Positions 1-9,230 of a stretch of DNA of 32,000 nucleotides are shown piece by piece. The stretch lies in NCBI RefSeq assembly GCF_000010625.1, contig NC_010296.1, positions 1,770,001 through 1,802,000 of the forward strand. Reading direction: 5' to 3'. The notes beneath the pieces were generated by a model, which worked only from the letters and a program-made list of their open reading frames with translations, was not told the DNA's origin and did not search any database. Within the stretch, counting starts at the first letter, position 1, and the number at the start of each line of letters is the position of its first letter. The DNA comes from Microcystis aeruginosa NIES-843. Lineage in GTDB: Bacteria > Cyanobacteriota > Cyanobacteriia > Cyanobacteriales > Microcystaceae. Made by a program: the position numbers and the translations under genes.

Positions 1-336
1 AAGGATATCGCGAATGCGCTGTAAAGTGGCGGAAAATCTCAGATAATGCAAGAATTGCGCCCCTAACAGAGCCGATAAACTGCTACCGATCGCCGAAAAT
101 AGAGCTATGGGCCAACTGGCCGCTAAAAAGAAGGTCAGAAGCAAATCCCCGATAAAAACGCCTAAAACTAGCCTTTTTCCCCCTAAAAAAACAGCAGTTA
201 AGCCAATACCAGCACTCATCCAAATTGGGGCAGGTCGCGACCCTAAATTTAAGCAGAGATAGCCTAGCCAACCAACACCCAGATAAACTAGGGCAACAAG
301 CAGAATTTTAGACCGATCTGATGAAATCCGTAGCAT
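1..336 (-). CDS. Partial CDS (N-terminus, continues off the left edge): MASE1-like integral-membrane sensor domain protein
   Basis: ATG at 336-334 (minus) opens a stop-free frame through base 1 (112 codons, hand-translated: MLRISSDRSKILLVALVYLGVGWLGYLCLNLGSRPAPIWMSAGIGLTAVFLGGKRLVLGVFIGDLLLTFFLAASWPIALFSAIGSSLSALLGAQFLHYL...). Consecutive hydrophobic helices and the PxIW-x-x-AGIGLxA pattern fit MASE1-type sensor N-termini. It is divergent from a response-regulator gene. It is absent from the ORF track because it has no stop in the window. Confidence 0.6.
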   Translation of the reverse strand, partial: MLRISSDRSKILLVALVYLGVGWLGYLCLNLGSRPAPIWMSAGIGLTAVFLGGKRLVLGVFIGDLLLTFFLAASWPIALFSAIGSSLSALLGAQFLHYLRFSATLQRIRDIL

Positions 337-340
337 TTTC

Positions 341-410
341 AGTTATCAGTTATCAGTTATCAGTTATCAGTTATCAGTTATCAGTTATCAGTTATCAGTT
401 ATCAGTTATC
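341..410. repeat. Perfect tandem heptamer array (AGTTATC)x10
   Basis: Ten exact head-to-tail AGTTATC units read directly. The array begins 5 nt from the ATG (334-336, minus) of the sensor gene. Confidence 0.97.
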
Positions 411-665
411 AGGTTTAAGTTTTAAGTTATTAGGTTTAAGTTTTCAATTTTGGTTCTTCGGTTTTTGTTATGCAATGGACGGGGGTTATAAGGGATGGAA
501 CCCTTATATAGAAAGGCATTTGGCGATTTTTGTCAATTATTTTTGCTCTAGAGCGAACTAATCAATTAAGTCTCTTGCCAGATAAGGATTTAGTCGATTT
601 ATGCCCCCCTATCGAACCATACTAAGTAACGAAGAACCTCAATTTTCAATAAATTTAGTATCTTT

Positions 666-712
666 CACTGGTCGCTGGTCACTGGTCACTGATCACTGGT
701 CACTGGTCACTG
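666..712. repeat. Tandem heptamer array (CACTGGT)~6.7 with two variant units
   Basis: Units read as cactggt cgctggt cactggt cactgat cactggt cactggt cactg. The array lies ~95 nt upstream of the response-regulator start. Confidence 0.93.
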
Positions 713-804
713 TTAATCTATTTCCAGATTGCCTAAACTAGGAGTAGTTCTGCCTCATGCAGATGGGTGAAAACCGTACATTTTCCCGTTAGGAATCAAA
801 GATC

Positions 805-1437
805 ATGCGGATTTTAATTGTTGAAGACGATCCTTTAATGCAGTTAGGTTTAGAACAAGCGCTCGGTGAACAGCCAGATTTTGAGATCGTCGGTCAAGCT
901 AGTGATGGTCTGGCGGGGGTACAATTAGCCCTATCCCTACGGCCAGATTTAGTGGTCATGGACATCGGTTTACCCCGTCTCGATGGCATTGCGGCAACTA
1001 AACAGATTAAGGAGGGTTTAGCTAATGTTCATGTGGTTATGCTCACTTCCCACACTCTGCAACAGGAAGTGATCGCAGCTCTGGCTAGTGGTGCTGATGC
1101 CTATTGTATCAAGGGAGCCAGTCTCGATCGCCTTTTGGCCGCCATTGAAGCGGCCAAGGATGGGGCCACCTATTTAGACCCCCAAATTGCCCGTTTAGTC
1201 ATGGATAATCTCAAACCGCCGGCAGTGCAACCTAATCCCAATCTAGCACTTTTATCAGAGCGAGAAATGGAGGTTTTAAAGTTAATTGTTGAGGGCAAAA
1301 GTAACGCTGAAATCGCCGAACAACTTTATTTAAGTACCAATACGATTAAAACCCATGTGCGGGGAATTATGAACAAATTAGCCGTTGATGACCGAGTACA
1401 AGCGGCGGTAATTGCCCTGCGTTCGGGTATTGTTTAA
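805..1437 (+). CDS. Two-component response regulator, NarL/FixJ (LuxR-type HTH) family
   Basis: N-terminal receiver domain (MRILIVEDDP...DLVVMDIGLPRLDG...) with the acidic pocket and phospho-acceptor Asp context. C-terminal LuxR HTH (LSEREMEVLKLIVEGKSNAEIAEQLYLSTNTIKTHVRGIMNKL). Confidence 0.9.
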   Translation: MRILIVEDDPLMQLGLEQALGEQPDFEIVGQASDGLAGVQLALSLRPDLVVMDIGLPRLDGIAATKQIKEGLANVHVVMLTSHTLQQEVIAALASGADAYCIKGASLDRLLAAIEAAKDGATYLDPQIARLVMDNLKPPAVQPNPNLALLSEREMEVLKLIVEGKSNAEIAEQLYLSTNTIKTHVRGIMNKLAVDDRVQAAVIALRSGIV

Positions 1438-1456
1438 GGGGAAAATGGCGATTTAC

Positions 1457-2134
1457 TTATCCCCTATTCGAGGCTTCTCTAATCACCTCTAAAACCTCTG
1501 AAGCATGGGAAATAGTCGGGACGTGACCGGATGCCAAAACCACTGTCTTTGCTCCCATTCTCTCGGCCAAATTAAACTGTAATTCTGGGGGTACGGCTTG
1601 ATCTTGACTAGAGACAATATACCAGTTTGGCTTATTTCTCCAGGCGGTTGTAGTGGTTTTTGCTGTTAGTAAAGAGGCGGCTGCTGGGGTTTGGGTGGCA
1701 TAAATTAAAGCGGCTTTTTCGGCGGGCAAATCATTGGCGAGAATCTTCTCTATTCCCTCTTGAGAAATCCAGATAAACCCCTCTTGTTCTTGAAAATACT
1801 GTGATGGGGTTTCGTATTCACTAAACAAATCTACCATCGACTCCCCCGCATCGGGAGCCAGCGCTGCAATGTAAACTAAACCGGACACTTTTTCATCGTT
1901 GCCGACTTCTGTGATTACCGTACCCCCCCAAGAATGACCGACTAGAATACATTGTCCTTCGATACGGTTTAAAATTCTTTTCGTAGCAGCTACGTCATCC
2001 GCTAGAGAAGTGAGAGGATTTTGCACTGCGATCGCTACGTATCCTTCGGCTAATAACTGGGCAGTTATCTGATTATAACTAGAACCATCGGCCCAAAAAC
2101 CGTGAACCAAAACAATATTGTTAATTCTGTTCAT
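1457..2134 (-). CDS. Alpha/beta-fold hydrolase
   Basis: 225-aa ORF with an HGF oxyanion-type motif near the N-terminus (IVLVHGFWADGS) and a nucleophile elbow GHSWGG. Convergent with the regulator gene. Confidence 0.8.
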   Translation of the reverse strand: MNRINNIVLVHGFWADGSSYNQITAQLLAEGYVAIAVQNPLTSLADDVAATKRILNRIEGQCILVGHSWGGTVITEVGNDEKVSGLVYIAALAPDAGESMVDLFSEYETPSQYFQEQEGFIWISQEGIEKILANDLPAEKAALIYATQTPAAASLLTAKTTTTAWRNKPNWYIVSSQDQAVPPELQFNLAERMGAKTVVLASGHVPTISHASEVLEVIREASNRG

Positions 2135-2325
2135 AAGACCTCTTACAAAACTCGAAAAGTGCTGGTTTTTAGCATTTTTTAACTCTCAGAGAGCTATTAA
2201 TATTCTTACATTGTAGCCATTAAGCCCATTTTAACTTTTTAACTCAATTGCCGGTGCTATAACCATCCAAAAAGTATATTCAATCATTTATAATAAGTTA
2301 TCGACCTATCTCTGTTGGATAAACC

Positions 2326-3078
2326 ATGACTATCGCTCAAAGCTTACCCCTAGTCGAGTCTCATGTAAACCCTGAGATAATCTTCCCACAAGGCCAATTT
2401 TGGAGTGATGAACCCCCTTTGGAAAGTAACCTACATCTACAACAAATTATTTTATTAATTCAGTGTTTAGAATGGTGGTGGCGCGAGCGAGAAGATTATT
2501 TTGCCACCGGCAATTTAACTATCTATTACAGTCCCAACCAGAAAAAGTCAGAATTCTGCCGTGGTCCTGATTTTTTCGTCGTTTTGGGGACAAATTCCAA
2601 CCCCAACCGCAGAAGTTGGGTAGTTTGGCGAGAAGAGGGCAAATATCCCAATTTAATTATCGAAATTCTCTCCGATAGTACCGCCAAAGTTGACCGAGAG
2701 GAGAAAAAACAAATTTATCAAGATATATTTCGCACTCCCGATTATTTTTGGTTTGACCCAGAAAGCCGAGAATTTCAAGGATTTACCCTAATTAGCGGTC
2801 AATATCAACCGATTGCCCCCAATCCCCAGGGATGGCTCTGGAGTCAACAATTAGGCTTATATTTGGGTTTATCTGCCAATAAATTGCGCTATTTTACCCC
2901 CGAAGGGGAATTAGTACCCACTCCCGCAGAAGCGGCACAACAGGCAGAAAATCGGGCTGTAGAGGCAGAAAACCGGGTTTTAGAGGCAGAAAGCCAAGTC
3001 CAGCAAGAAAAGCAAAAAGCTGCGAAATTAGCGGCTAAACTGCGGGAATTAGGCATAGATACCGAGGAAAATCTCTAG
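2326..3078 (+). CDS. Uma2-family (DUF820) putative restriction-endonuclease-like protein with C-terminal coiled coil
   Basis: Core pattern PDFFVVLG...P.LIIEILSDST...D...K...Y...YFWFDP is typical of the cyanobacterial Uma2 family. The tail has a repetitive AENRAVEAENRVLEAE coiled coil. Confidence 0.8.
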   Translation: MTIAQSLPLVESHVNPEIIFPQGQFWSDEPPLESNLHLQQIILLIQCLEWWWREREDYFATGNLTIYYSPNQKKSEFCRGPDFFVVLGTNSNPNRRSWVVWREEGKYPNLIIEILSDSTAKVDREEKKQIYQDIFRTPDYFWFDPESREFQGFTLISGQYQPIAPNPQGWLWSQQLGLYLGLSANKLRYFTPEGELVPTPAEAAQQAENRAVEAENRVLEAESQVQQEKQKAAKLAAKLRELGIDTEENL

Positions 3079-3151
3079 TCTCCTTTTGTTATTCAATAAC
3101 GCTATTTTCGGGGAGAGGTGAGGGTATTTGGTGTCATTTAGAGGCCTCATA

Positions 3152-3252
3152 CTAAATCCGGTTATTAAAAACTGATTATTTATTCTCCCCTTTGCCTTTT
3201 GCCTCTTGCCTTTTGCCTGTCTTGATATGTAGCCTATACTCAACGGATTTAG
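3152..3252. mobile_element. 101-bp MITE, deletion derivative of the IS630-family element at 5531-6718
   Basis: Termini ctaaatccggttattaaa... and ...ctcaacggatttag match the IS ends. The interior matches the IS right arm (ttatttattc-cccttttgcct-ttgccttttgc...tagcctat-ctcaacggatttag). Flanked by TA (3150-3151 and 3253-3254). Confidence 0.8.
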
Positions 3253-3264
3253 TATCATAGTTGA

Positions 3265-4350
3265 CTAATCACAGAAAGCCCCGCGCAAGCGTAAATTTTC
3301 CCGCAATTCCTCGGTCATACCCACATTATCGGTAAACTTTGTCCCCTTCACTTTTGCCCCGCTAAAATTCGCTTGAGTGATGTTGACTTCAACCAAATTA
3401 GCTCCTTCTAAATTGGAGCCGATTAAATTAGCTAAAGCCAAACTAGAACGGTAAAAATCAGCATAACTTAAATCGGCATTAGCTAATAAAGCCCCGCTTA
3501 AATCTGCTCCCCTAAAACTAGCATGACTGCCATTAATTTCGCTTAAATCAGCATCGGTTAAATTGGCCCCGCGCAGATTAGCTTGATAGAGATTGGCCAT
3601 ACCTAAAGATATACCACTTAATTCCGCGGCTAGGAGATTTGCCCCAGTAAAATCCCTTAGGGGATCGAGTTCAGCTAATTGGGCCAGTTCGAGAAAATCA
3701 TCACTAACAGCAGCATAAATTCCCTCGATTTGTGTCTGCAATTTCTCTAAATTTTCTGATGCTGCTGGTTTCGGTTCCACTAGAACAGTATCTAATTCTA
3801 CCTGCGATGACCCCAAAGAAATACGACTCAAAAAAGCATCAAATTGATTTTCCATCAGGAAAAATGCTAACTTTCGCTCTAAAATACTATGTTTATTGGG
3901 ACTTATATCGTGTTTCCATAATCCCGATGTTTCCGTGATACAGATATCGGCAGCTGTCAGCGAAAATTGCACCGTGAGACGATAAGGTTCTTCCTCAACA
4001 CTCACGGTTCCTAGGTTAATCCTTTCGATCGCTCCTGTAAATATTGACTGAGGACTTTTGAACGATAACCGCCATTGATGATTATTAATACGATTTATGT
4101 ATAACTCTTGACTAGAAAGAGGATTTGGTGTTAGGTGACAATTAACTAAAACAAAATCTAATTTTCCTCCTTTCAGTCCCCATTTAATTTCCCCGCCGAG
4201 GAGAGATTGAATTTGAGCTTGTAGGTGTAAAGTTAAATATAAATCAAATTTTTGCGAGTCGGTGGCTACTGGTTTTAGGGTTAAAGATACACTATCGGGA
4301 TAGCGATCGAAGGCAGCTAAAAGACGCATAATCCAAAAGAGAAAAGCCAA
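3265..4350 (-). CDS. Pentapeptide-repeat protein with an uncharacterised ~210-aa N-terminal region
   Basis: The C-terminal ~130 aa are canonical A(D/N)LxX pentapeptide repeats (ANLRGANLTDADLSEINGSHASFRGADLSGALLANADLSYADF...). Position 4350 is a TTG; the first ATG is at 4329. Confidence 0.85.
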   Translation of the reverse strand: MAFLFWIMRLLAAFDRYPDSVSLTLKPVATDSQKFDLYLTLHLQAQIQSLLGGEIKWGLKGGKLDFVLVNCHLTPNPLSSQELYINRINNHQWRLSFKSPQSIFTGAIERINLGTVSVEEEPYRLTVQFSLTAADICITETSGLWKHDISPNKHSILERKLAFFLMENQFDAFLSRISLGSSQVELDTVLVEPKPAASENLEKLQTQIEGIYAAVSDDFLELAQLAELDPLRDFTGANLLAAELSGISLGMANLYQANLRGANLTDADLSEINGSHASFRGADLSGALLANADLSYADFYRSSLALANLIGSNLEGANLVEVNITQANFSGAKVKGTKFTDNVGMTEELRENLRLRGAFCD

Positions 4351-4492
4351 AATAAACAGTAAAAAAGTGGTGTTTCTCCGGCCCTAAAGCCGAGAACTCA
4401 CCCCTATTTAAAACAATAGCCGATTTTCTCGATCCTCGATGAACATTTCTTCGGCGATCGCTGAACGATTGCCCCTGAAAATCAAGGTTAAA

Positions 4493-5386
4493 TTAGTTGA
4501 CTTTCTCTTTTTTGCCGATATTGTCGTCCGCATTAAAAAACATCGGCAAAAAGCGTTCCATAAACATTTTTGGATCACGATTCCAGGCTTTTTGCGCCGC
4601 TTCTACCCGGAATAATTGTAATTTCGGGTCGAGAAGGGATTGGGGTAAACGTTCCATCAGATATTGAGGACGTTCCCAAAGCGGCATAGTGGCGGCGATT
4701 TCCATTAAATGACCGACGCGGCGCAATTCTGCCCCCAGGGTGATATCCATACCCGATTCATAGGCGGCCTGTTCGATCGCTGAGTATTTGGCCTTCGCTT
4801 TTTCGACTTTTTGCCGATGTTCGGGGCTTTTTTGGGCAATTTTGGCTAACCAACGATTACCCCAACGCACATGACCCGCTTCTTCAGGAAAAATTTTGGC
4901 GATCGTTTCCCGAATTTTCAGATTTTCTGGGGTTTGTTCCCCTTCCTTGAGGGCATAGATATGGGCGGCAAAGTATTCGCATCCCCGTTTTTCCGTGACG
5001 TTAATTGCCGCTAGGGCTGCAATCAGTCCATCTTCCCTTTGTTCTTCGCCTTGGAATTGGTCTTGATCGAGAAGACGTTCAAATTCGTCGATATAGGACA
5101 ACCCCGGCGGTTTCCCCACATCGGCCCCCAATTCGATCAATAAATCGGTTAACCAGTAGGCATGGCGGGCCTCATCGGCGACGTGGTGGGAAAGGTCCTG
5201 GATCAGTTCTTTTGGTTGTCCGTCTAGGGTTTCGATCAGTTCGGTCAGGTCTTTACAGCTACGTTGTTCGTTGTAGCGGTAACGGTTGAGGGTGACAAGA
5301 TGAATTTCGCGATCGCTAATGACACGCTTCATGATGTCGCGAGCGCTCATCGTCTTCTTGAATTTACGAGGGTAAGCAACGGTCAT
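4493..5386 (-). CDS. Ferritin-like / di-iron carboxylate (two ExxH motifs) protein
   Basis: Contains DEARHAYW and EEAGHVRWG (ExxH twice) in a helical context. The ORF-track start 5467 is a TTG; the first ATG is 5386 (MTVAYPRKF...). The start is uncertain. Confidence 0.6.
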   Translation of the reverse strand: MTVAYPRKFKKTMSARDIMKRVISDREIHLVTLNRYRYNEQRSCKDLTELIETLDGQPKELIQDLSHHVADEARHAYWLTDLLIELGADVGKPPGLSYIDEFERLLDQDQFQGEEQREDGLIAALAAINVTEKRGCEYFAAHIYALKEGEQTPENLKIRETIAKIFPEEAGHVRWGNRWLAKIAQKSPEHRQKVEKAKAKYSAIEQAAYESGMDITLGAELRRVGHLMEIAATMPLWERPQYLMERLPQSLLDPKLQLFRVEAAQKAWNRDPKMFMERFLPMFFNADDNIGKKEKVN

Positions 5387-5530
5387 GATTTTGTATCGTT
5401 TTGTTAACGGCTTTCCGTATTCTAACGGAGTTTTTCCCCAATCTGGCAAGGGAGCGGGGAGTGGCAAGCTTTTTTCAGTGATCAGTAAACGGTAATCAGT
5501 AAACTGAAAACTTACATCTGATAACTGATA

Positions 5531-6718
5531 CTAAATCCGGTTATTAAAGAATGATTAAGTAGTCATGCAAAATTAATTACCCAAATAAAAAATTAAGAAG
5601 TATAATACATAAAAAAACGAAGCAGCAGGAAAATACAATGAGATTGATTAGAGACCTAAACCCCGAGAGCCAGAAAATGCTAGAGAGAATTTATCGAGCT
5701 AGTAAACATCATCAAGTAAGAGAGCGAGCGAAATGTATACTCTTAAGTTTTCAGGGAACCACGATAGAAGAATTGAGCGGAATATTTGGAGTTACGAGAA
5801 AGACCATCTATAATTGGTTGACGGACTGGGAAGATAGAAAACTAATTGGTTTTTATAATCGTCGAGGAAGAGGGAGAAAACCTAAATTGACAGAAGCCCA
5901 AGGTCAACAAGTTATTGACTGGGTAAAAGAAGAACCGAAAAGCTTAAAAAAAATCCAGATAAAAATTGTAGAAGAAGGGAAATTAACCGTAAGCAAAGAC
6001 ACGATAAAAAGACTCATAAAAAAAATCAACATGAGGTGGAAAAGGGTGAGAAGAGGGGTCGCCAAAACCCCTGATGAGTGGGAGCTTGAGGTCAAACTAC
6101 CTATTTTAGAAGAACTAAAAAAACAGGAAAAAAGAGGAGAGATTGAGATAGGATATTTGGATGAAATGGGAGGGGATTCAAAGCCTTGTATTCCTGACGC
6201 TTGGCAAGAAGAAAAAACCACGATAAAGTTACCACCAATTGAAGGTAAAAGACTAAATATTTTAGGAATAATGAAACGAGATAATCAATTATTTTATGAG
6301 ACACAGGTCGGAACGGTTACTAGCGAGATAGTTATTAATTTTCTGGATAAATATTGCCAAAATATACAGAAAAAAACTGTCATAATAATTGACCAAGCTT
6401 CCATTCATACCAGCGAGGCATTTATGGAGAAACTTGAGGAATGGGAAAAGAAAAACTTGAAAATATTTTGGTTGCCCACTTATTCACCTCATTTAAATTT
6501 AATTGAAATATTATGGAGATTTTTAAAATATGAATGGATTGAATTTAGCGCCTATAAAGACCGAAAGAGCCTCCTCGCTTACGTTAAAAAAGTGCTGGAC
6601 AATTTTGGAGGCGAGTATGTAATTAATTTTGCCTAGGTACTTATTTATTCCCCCTTTTGCCTATTGCCTTTTGCATGAGTGCCTATCCTCATAAGTAGCC
6701 TATGCTCAACGGATTTAG
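5531..6718 (+). mobile_element. Complete IS630-family insertion sequence (1188 bp) with TA target-site duplication
   Basis: Terminal inverted repeats ctaaatccgg... (5531) and ...cggatttag (6718). TA on both sides (5529-5530, 6719-6720). A single intact transposase ORF lies inside. Confidence 0.88.
5638..6636 (+). CDS. IS630-family DDE transposase
   Basis: 332 aa. N-terminal HTH (TIEELSGIFGVTRKTIYNWL) and a DDE-type core (YLDEMG ... IIIDQASIHTS ... YSPHLNLIEILW). Confidence 0.92.
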   Translation: MRLIRDLNPESQKMLERIYRASKHHQVRERAKCILLSFQGTTIEELSGIFGVTRKTIYNWLTDWEDRKLIGFYNRRGRGRKPKLTEAQGQQVIDWVKEEPKSLKKIQIKIVEEGKLTVSKDTIKRLIKKINMRWKRVRRGVAKTPDEWELEVKLPILEELKKQEKRGEIEIGYLDEMGGDSKPCIPDAWQEEKTTIKLPPIEGKRLNILGIMKRDNQLFYETQVGTVTSEIVINFLDKYCQNIQKKTVIIIDQASIHTSEAFMEKLEEWEKKNLKIFWLPTYSPHLNLIEILWRFLKYEWIEFSAYKDRKSLLAYVKKVLDNFGGEYVINFA

Positions 6719-7619
6719 TATGATAACTGATTCAAGTGGGAAACAAAATTAGGCGGTGAAAAAAAGATATTTGTCAGGAGAGTCACTATAAAAACATCAG
6801 TTTTAAAGATTTTTTTGGCAATTATTTTGATTAGGAAATATTTGACACTTCCAGGGGTGACAGAGCGACTAAAAGGCTCGCTGGATAAAGCGCATAGCCA
6901 TTAGACCTCTAGAAAAATATTGGTGTTTTCCAGCAGCAATTCTCATTTTGAAATAAATGATGAATTAACCCCTATTGCGAACCTCAAAGTTTAGTACAAA
7001 AGAATTATGTCGTCAGCTATAGGGCGATCACCAAAAAGAAAAATTGACCCGATTTATTATCAAAATAAAAATTTATAATTGTTGTCCGTTAAGATAAAAT
7101 TAATAGGTGGAACTCTATTAGTTAGTCAAATTTCCTCAAGATGGCAAAAAAGGCAGCGACTACGGACTACAGTAATCATAACAATTGTCGTCGGTTGGGT
7201 TGACCCAAGGAAACCCAACAAAAAGCAATGGGAGGAGGGGAATAGCGAGCGCTCATTCAGACAGATTTAGGTGTTGGGTGTTGGGTTTCGTTCCGAGGTC
7301 TCAATCTACAAAACGATGCGGCGCTCGCCCTGAAGTTCTTTCCCAATCATCGTCGTCTATTCCGTATTTCTCTCTTAAGTGCTTCTCATCCATAGCTTTC
7401 ATGCTATCATACCTTTACCCTCCTGAACGGTTACGCTTTAGGAGTTAGTATATGCTAGGATCACTGTCAACTCAGTATAAATAAGAGTAAGTAAATAAAC
7501 ATGAGGCTCTTCTGGTACTGACAGTTTCTTCCGCCAAATAGCCCTAAAAGTCTTGCCCGATAAGCATTTCACGATTCTATAAGCAAAAATTATCACACAA
7601 AGTCGAGAGGAGCCAACAT

Positions 7620-9230
7620 ATGAGTTTAAAACCTCAATCTCTAAGAACAAAAAAACATTTTAGCATAAATGTATTACTAATCATCGTCATTCTTTCACTA
7701 AGTATTTTTTTGAGGTTTTTTGAATTATCCCAAAAACCCTATACAACAGACGAGGTAAGAACGCTGCTTAGTTCTTCAGGATATACCAGCCAAGAGCTTA
7801 TCTCTCAATCTTTTAATGGACAAATTCTTACTGTTAAAGACCTAAACAAGTATCAAGACTTTGCCAGTGAGAAAACTGACAAAGATACTATTTACGCCGT
7901 AACTAAACAAGATTCCAATCCGCCTCTTTACTTTATCCTACTTCGCTACTGGATGAAATTTTGGGGTAATTCGGTTCTAGTGACTCGCGGTTTATCTGTG
8001 TTGATAGGCTTATTACTATTACCTGTGGTTTACTGGTTATCTTTAGAATTATTTTCATCAAGTATAGTAGGTTGGATGACAGTTTGCTTAATTGCTGTTT
8101 CTCCTTTCCATATGATTAATTCTCAGGAAATTCGTTTCTATAGTCTATTTTCGTTAGCAATTATATTATCTAGTTTGGCACTACTACGCAGCCTGAGAAG
8201 TAACAATAATTTTAACTGGTTAGGTTATGGATTAACTCTTGCATTAGGTATTTATTCACACGTTAATTTTATCTTTGTCTATTTTGCACAAACAGTTTAT
8301 GTAATTGTTACTCAAAAATTTAAGTTTAATAAATTAATACTAAACCATATACTGGCTTCTACCATTTTATTTGTTTCCTTTCTTCCTTGGGCTTTATTTA
8401 TTATTATAAATTGGAGCAACCTCACATCTGGGCTAGGCTGGATGACTAACTTTCAAATTAGTGTCCTTGAAAGAATATTAACAATTATTTTTAATACATC
8501 CACAGTTTTAGTGGATTTTAACAACCAGTTCAATTTTAAAAACCCCTTACCGTATCTAATATTTATTATCATTATATATTCCTTTTGGTTTATGTATCGC
8601 AAGGCTCCATTTCATACTTTCTTATTTATAGCTCTATTAGTTATCATACCTGGTCTATCCCAGATTATTCCCGACTTTTTGCAAGGTGGTAGAAGAACTA
8701 TATACTCTCGCTATCTTACTCCAAGCTATATAGGGGTTAGTCTGTCTGTTGCTTATTTACTTGCTTCTAAAGCTTTTCATGGTGTTGAAAAGCCTCTCAA
8801 AAGAAGGTTATGGCAATTGATCAGCATAGCCATAATTTCTCTAGGAATATTTTCCTCTCTTGCTATTGCTAAATCTCCTACGGGAAGAACTCAAGGAATT
8901 GTACCTATTATGAACTTACAGATTGCTGAAGTAATTAACAAATCACCTAATGTCTTAGTAATTACTGATGATATGTACCATCGAGTTCTGGCTTTAACTC
9001 ACTTACTAAATTCAGATGTTTATCTACAGGTTGTCTATGGGGAAAATCAAAAGGAACTAGAAGAAAAACTATCTAAATTAGAGCAAATAGGTAGTAAATT
9101 TGACAATATATTTCTATACATCCCCTCTGATCAATTAATTCAGCAAATCGAGACTAATGGTTACAATACTCAGCTTATAGTCAGTGATAAGGATAAAAAG
9201 CGATATTGGCTTTATAAAATAACTAAGTAG
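7620..9230 (+). CDS. Polytopic membrane protein, GT-C fold / glycosyltransferase family 39 (ArnT/PMT-like)
   Basis: 536 aa with >10 predicted TM helices. An early-loop DE motif (YTTDEVRTL) and the PPLYFILLRYWMKFWG segment are typical of GT39-like proteins. The soluble C-terminal domain is uncharacterised. The gene is visibly A+T-rich. Confidence 0.65.
   Translation: MSLKPQSLRTKKHFSINVLLIIVILSLSIFLRFFELSQKPYTTDEVRTLLSSSGYTSQELISQSFNGQILTVKDLNKYQDFASEKTDKDTIYAVTKQDSNPPLYFILLRYWMKFWGNSVLVTRGLSVLIGLLLLPVVYWLSLELFSSSIVGWMTVCLIAVSPFHMINSQEIRFYSLFSLAIILSSLALLRSLRSNNNFNWLGYGLTLALGIYSHVNFIFVYFAQTVYVIVTQKFKFNKLILNHILASTILFVSFLPWALFIIINWSNLTSGLGWMTNFQISVLERILTIIFNTSTVLVDFNNQFNFKNPLPYLIFIIIIYSFWFMYRKAPFHTFLFIALLVIIPGLSQIIPDFLQGGRRTIYSRYLTPSYIGVSLSVAYLLASKAFHGVEKPLKRRLWQLISIAIISLGIFSSLAIAKSPTGRTQGIVPIMNLQIAEVINKSPNVLVITDDMYHRVLALTHLLNSDVYLQVVYGENQKELEEKLSKLEQIGSKFDNIFLYIPSDQLIQQIETNGYNTQLIVSDKDKKRYWLYKITK

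Noticed and set aside
83-271. 62-aa ORF on the minus strand from the ORF track
   Set aside because: It is out of frame with the longer, stop-free, membrane-protein-like frame 336..1 (MASE1-like) covering the same DNA, and its translation has no coding character.
3049-3258. 69-aa ORF on the minus strand
   Set aside because: It spans the IS630-derived MITE (KAKGRQKAKG comes from the ttgcc repeats), so it is an artefact.
7079-7650. Three short ORFs (63, 87 and 70 aa) upstream of the glycosyltransferase gene
   Set aside because: They overlap hairpin-repeat relics (ggttgggtt...aacccaac) and have no coding features. A 33-codon minus-strand ORF (7411-7310) was also seen but is too short to support.
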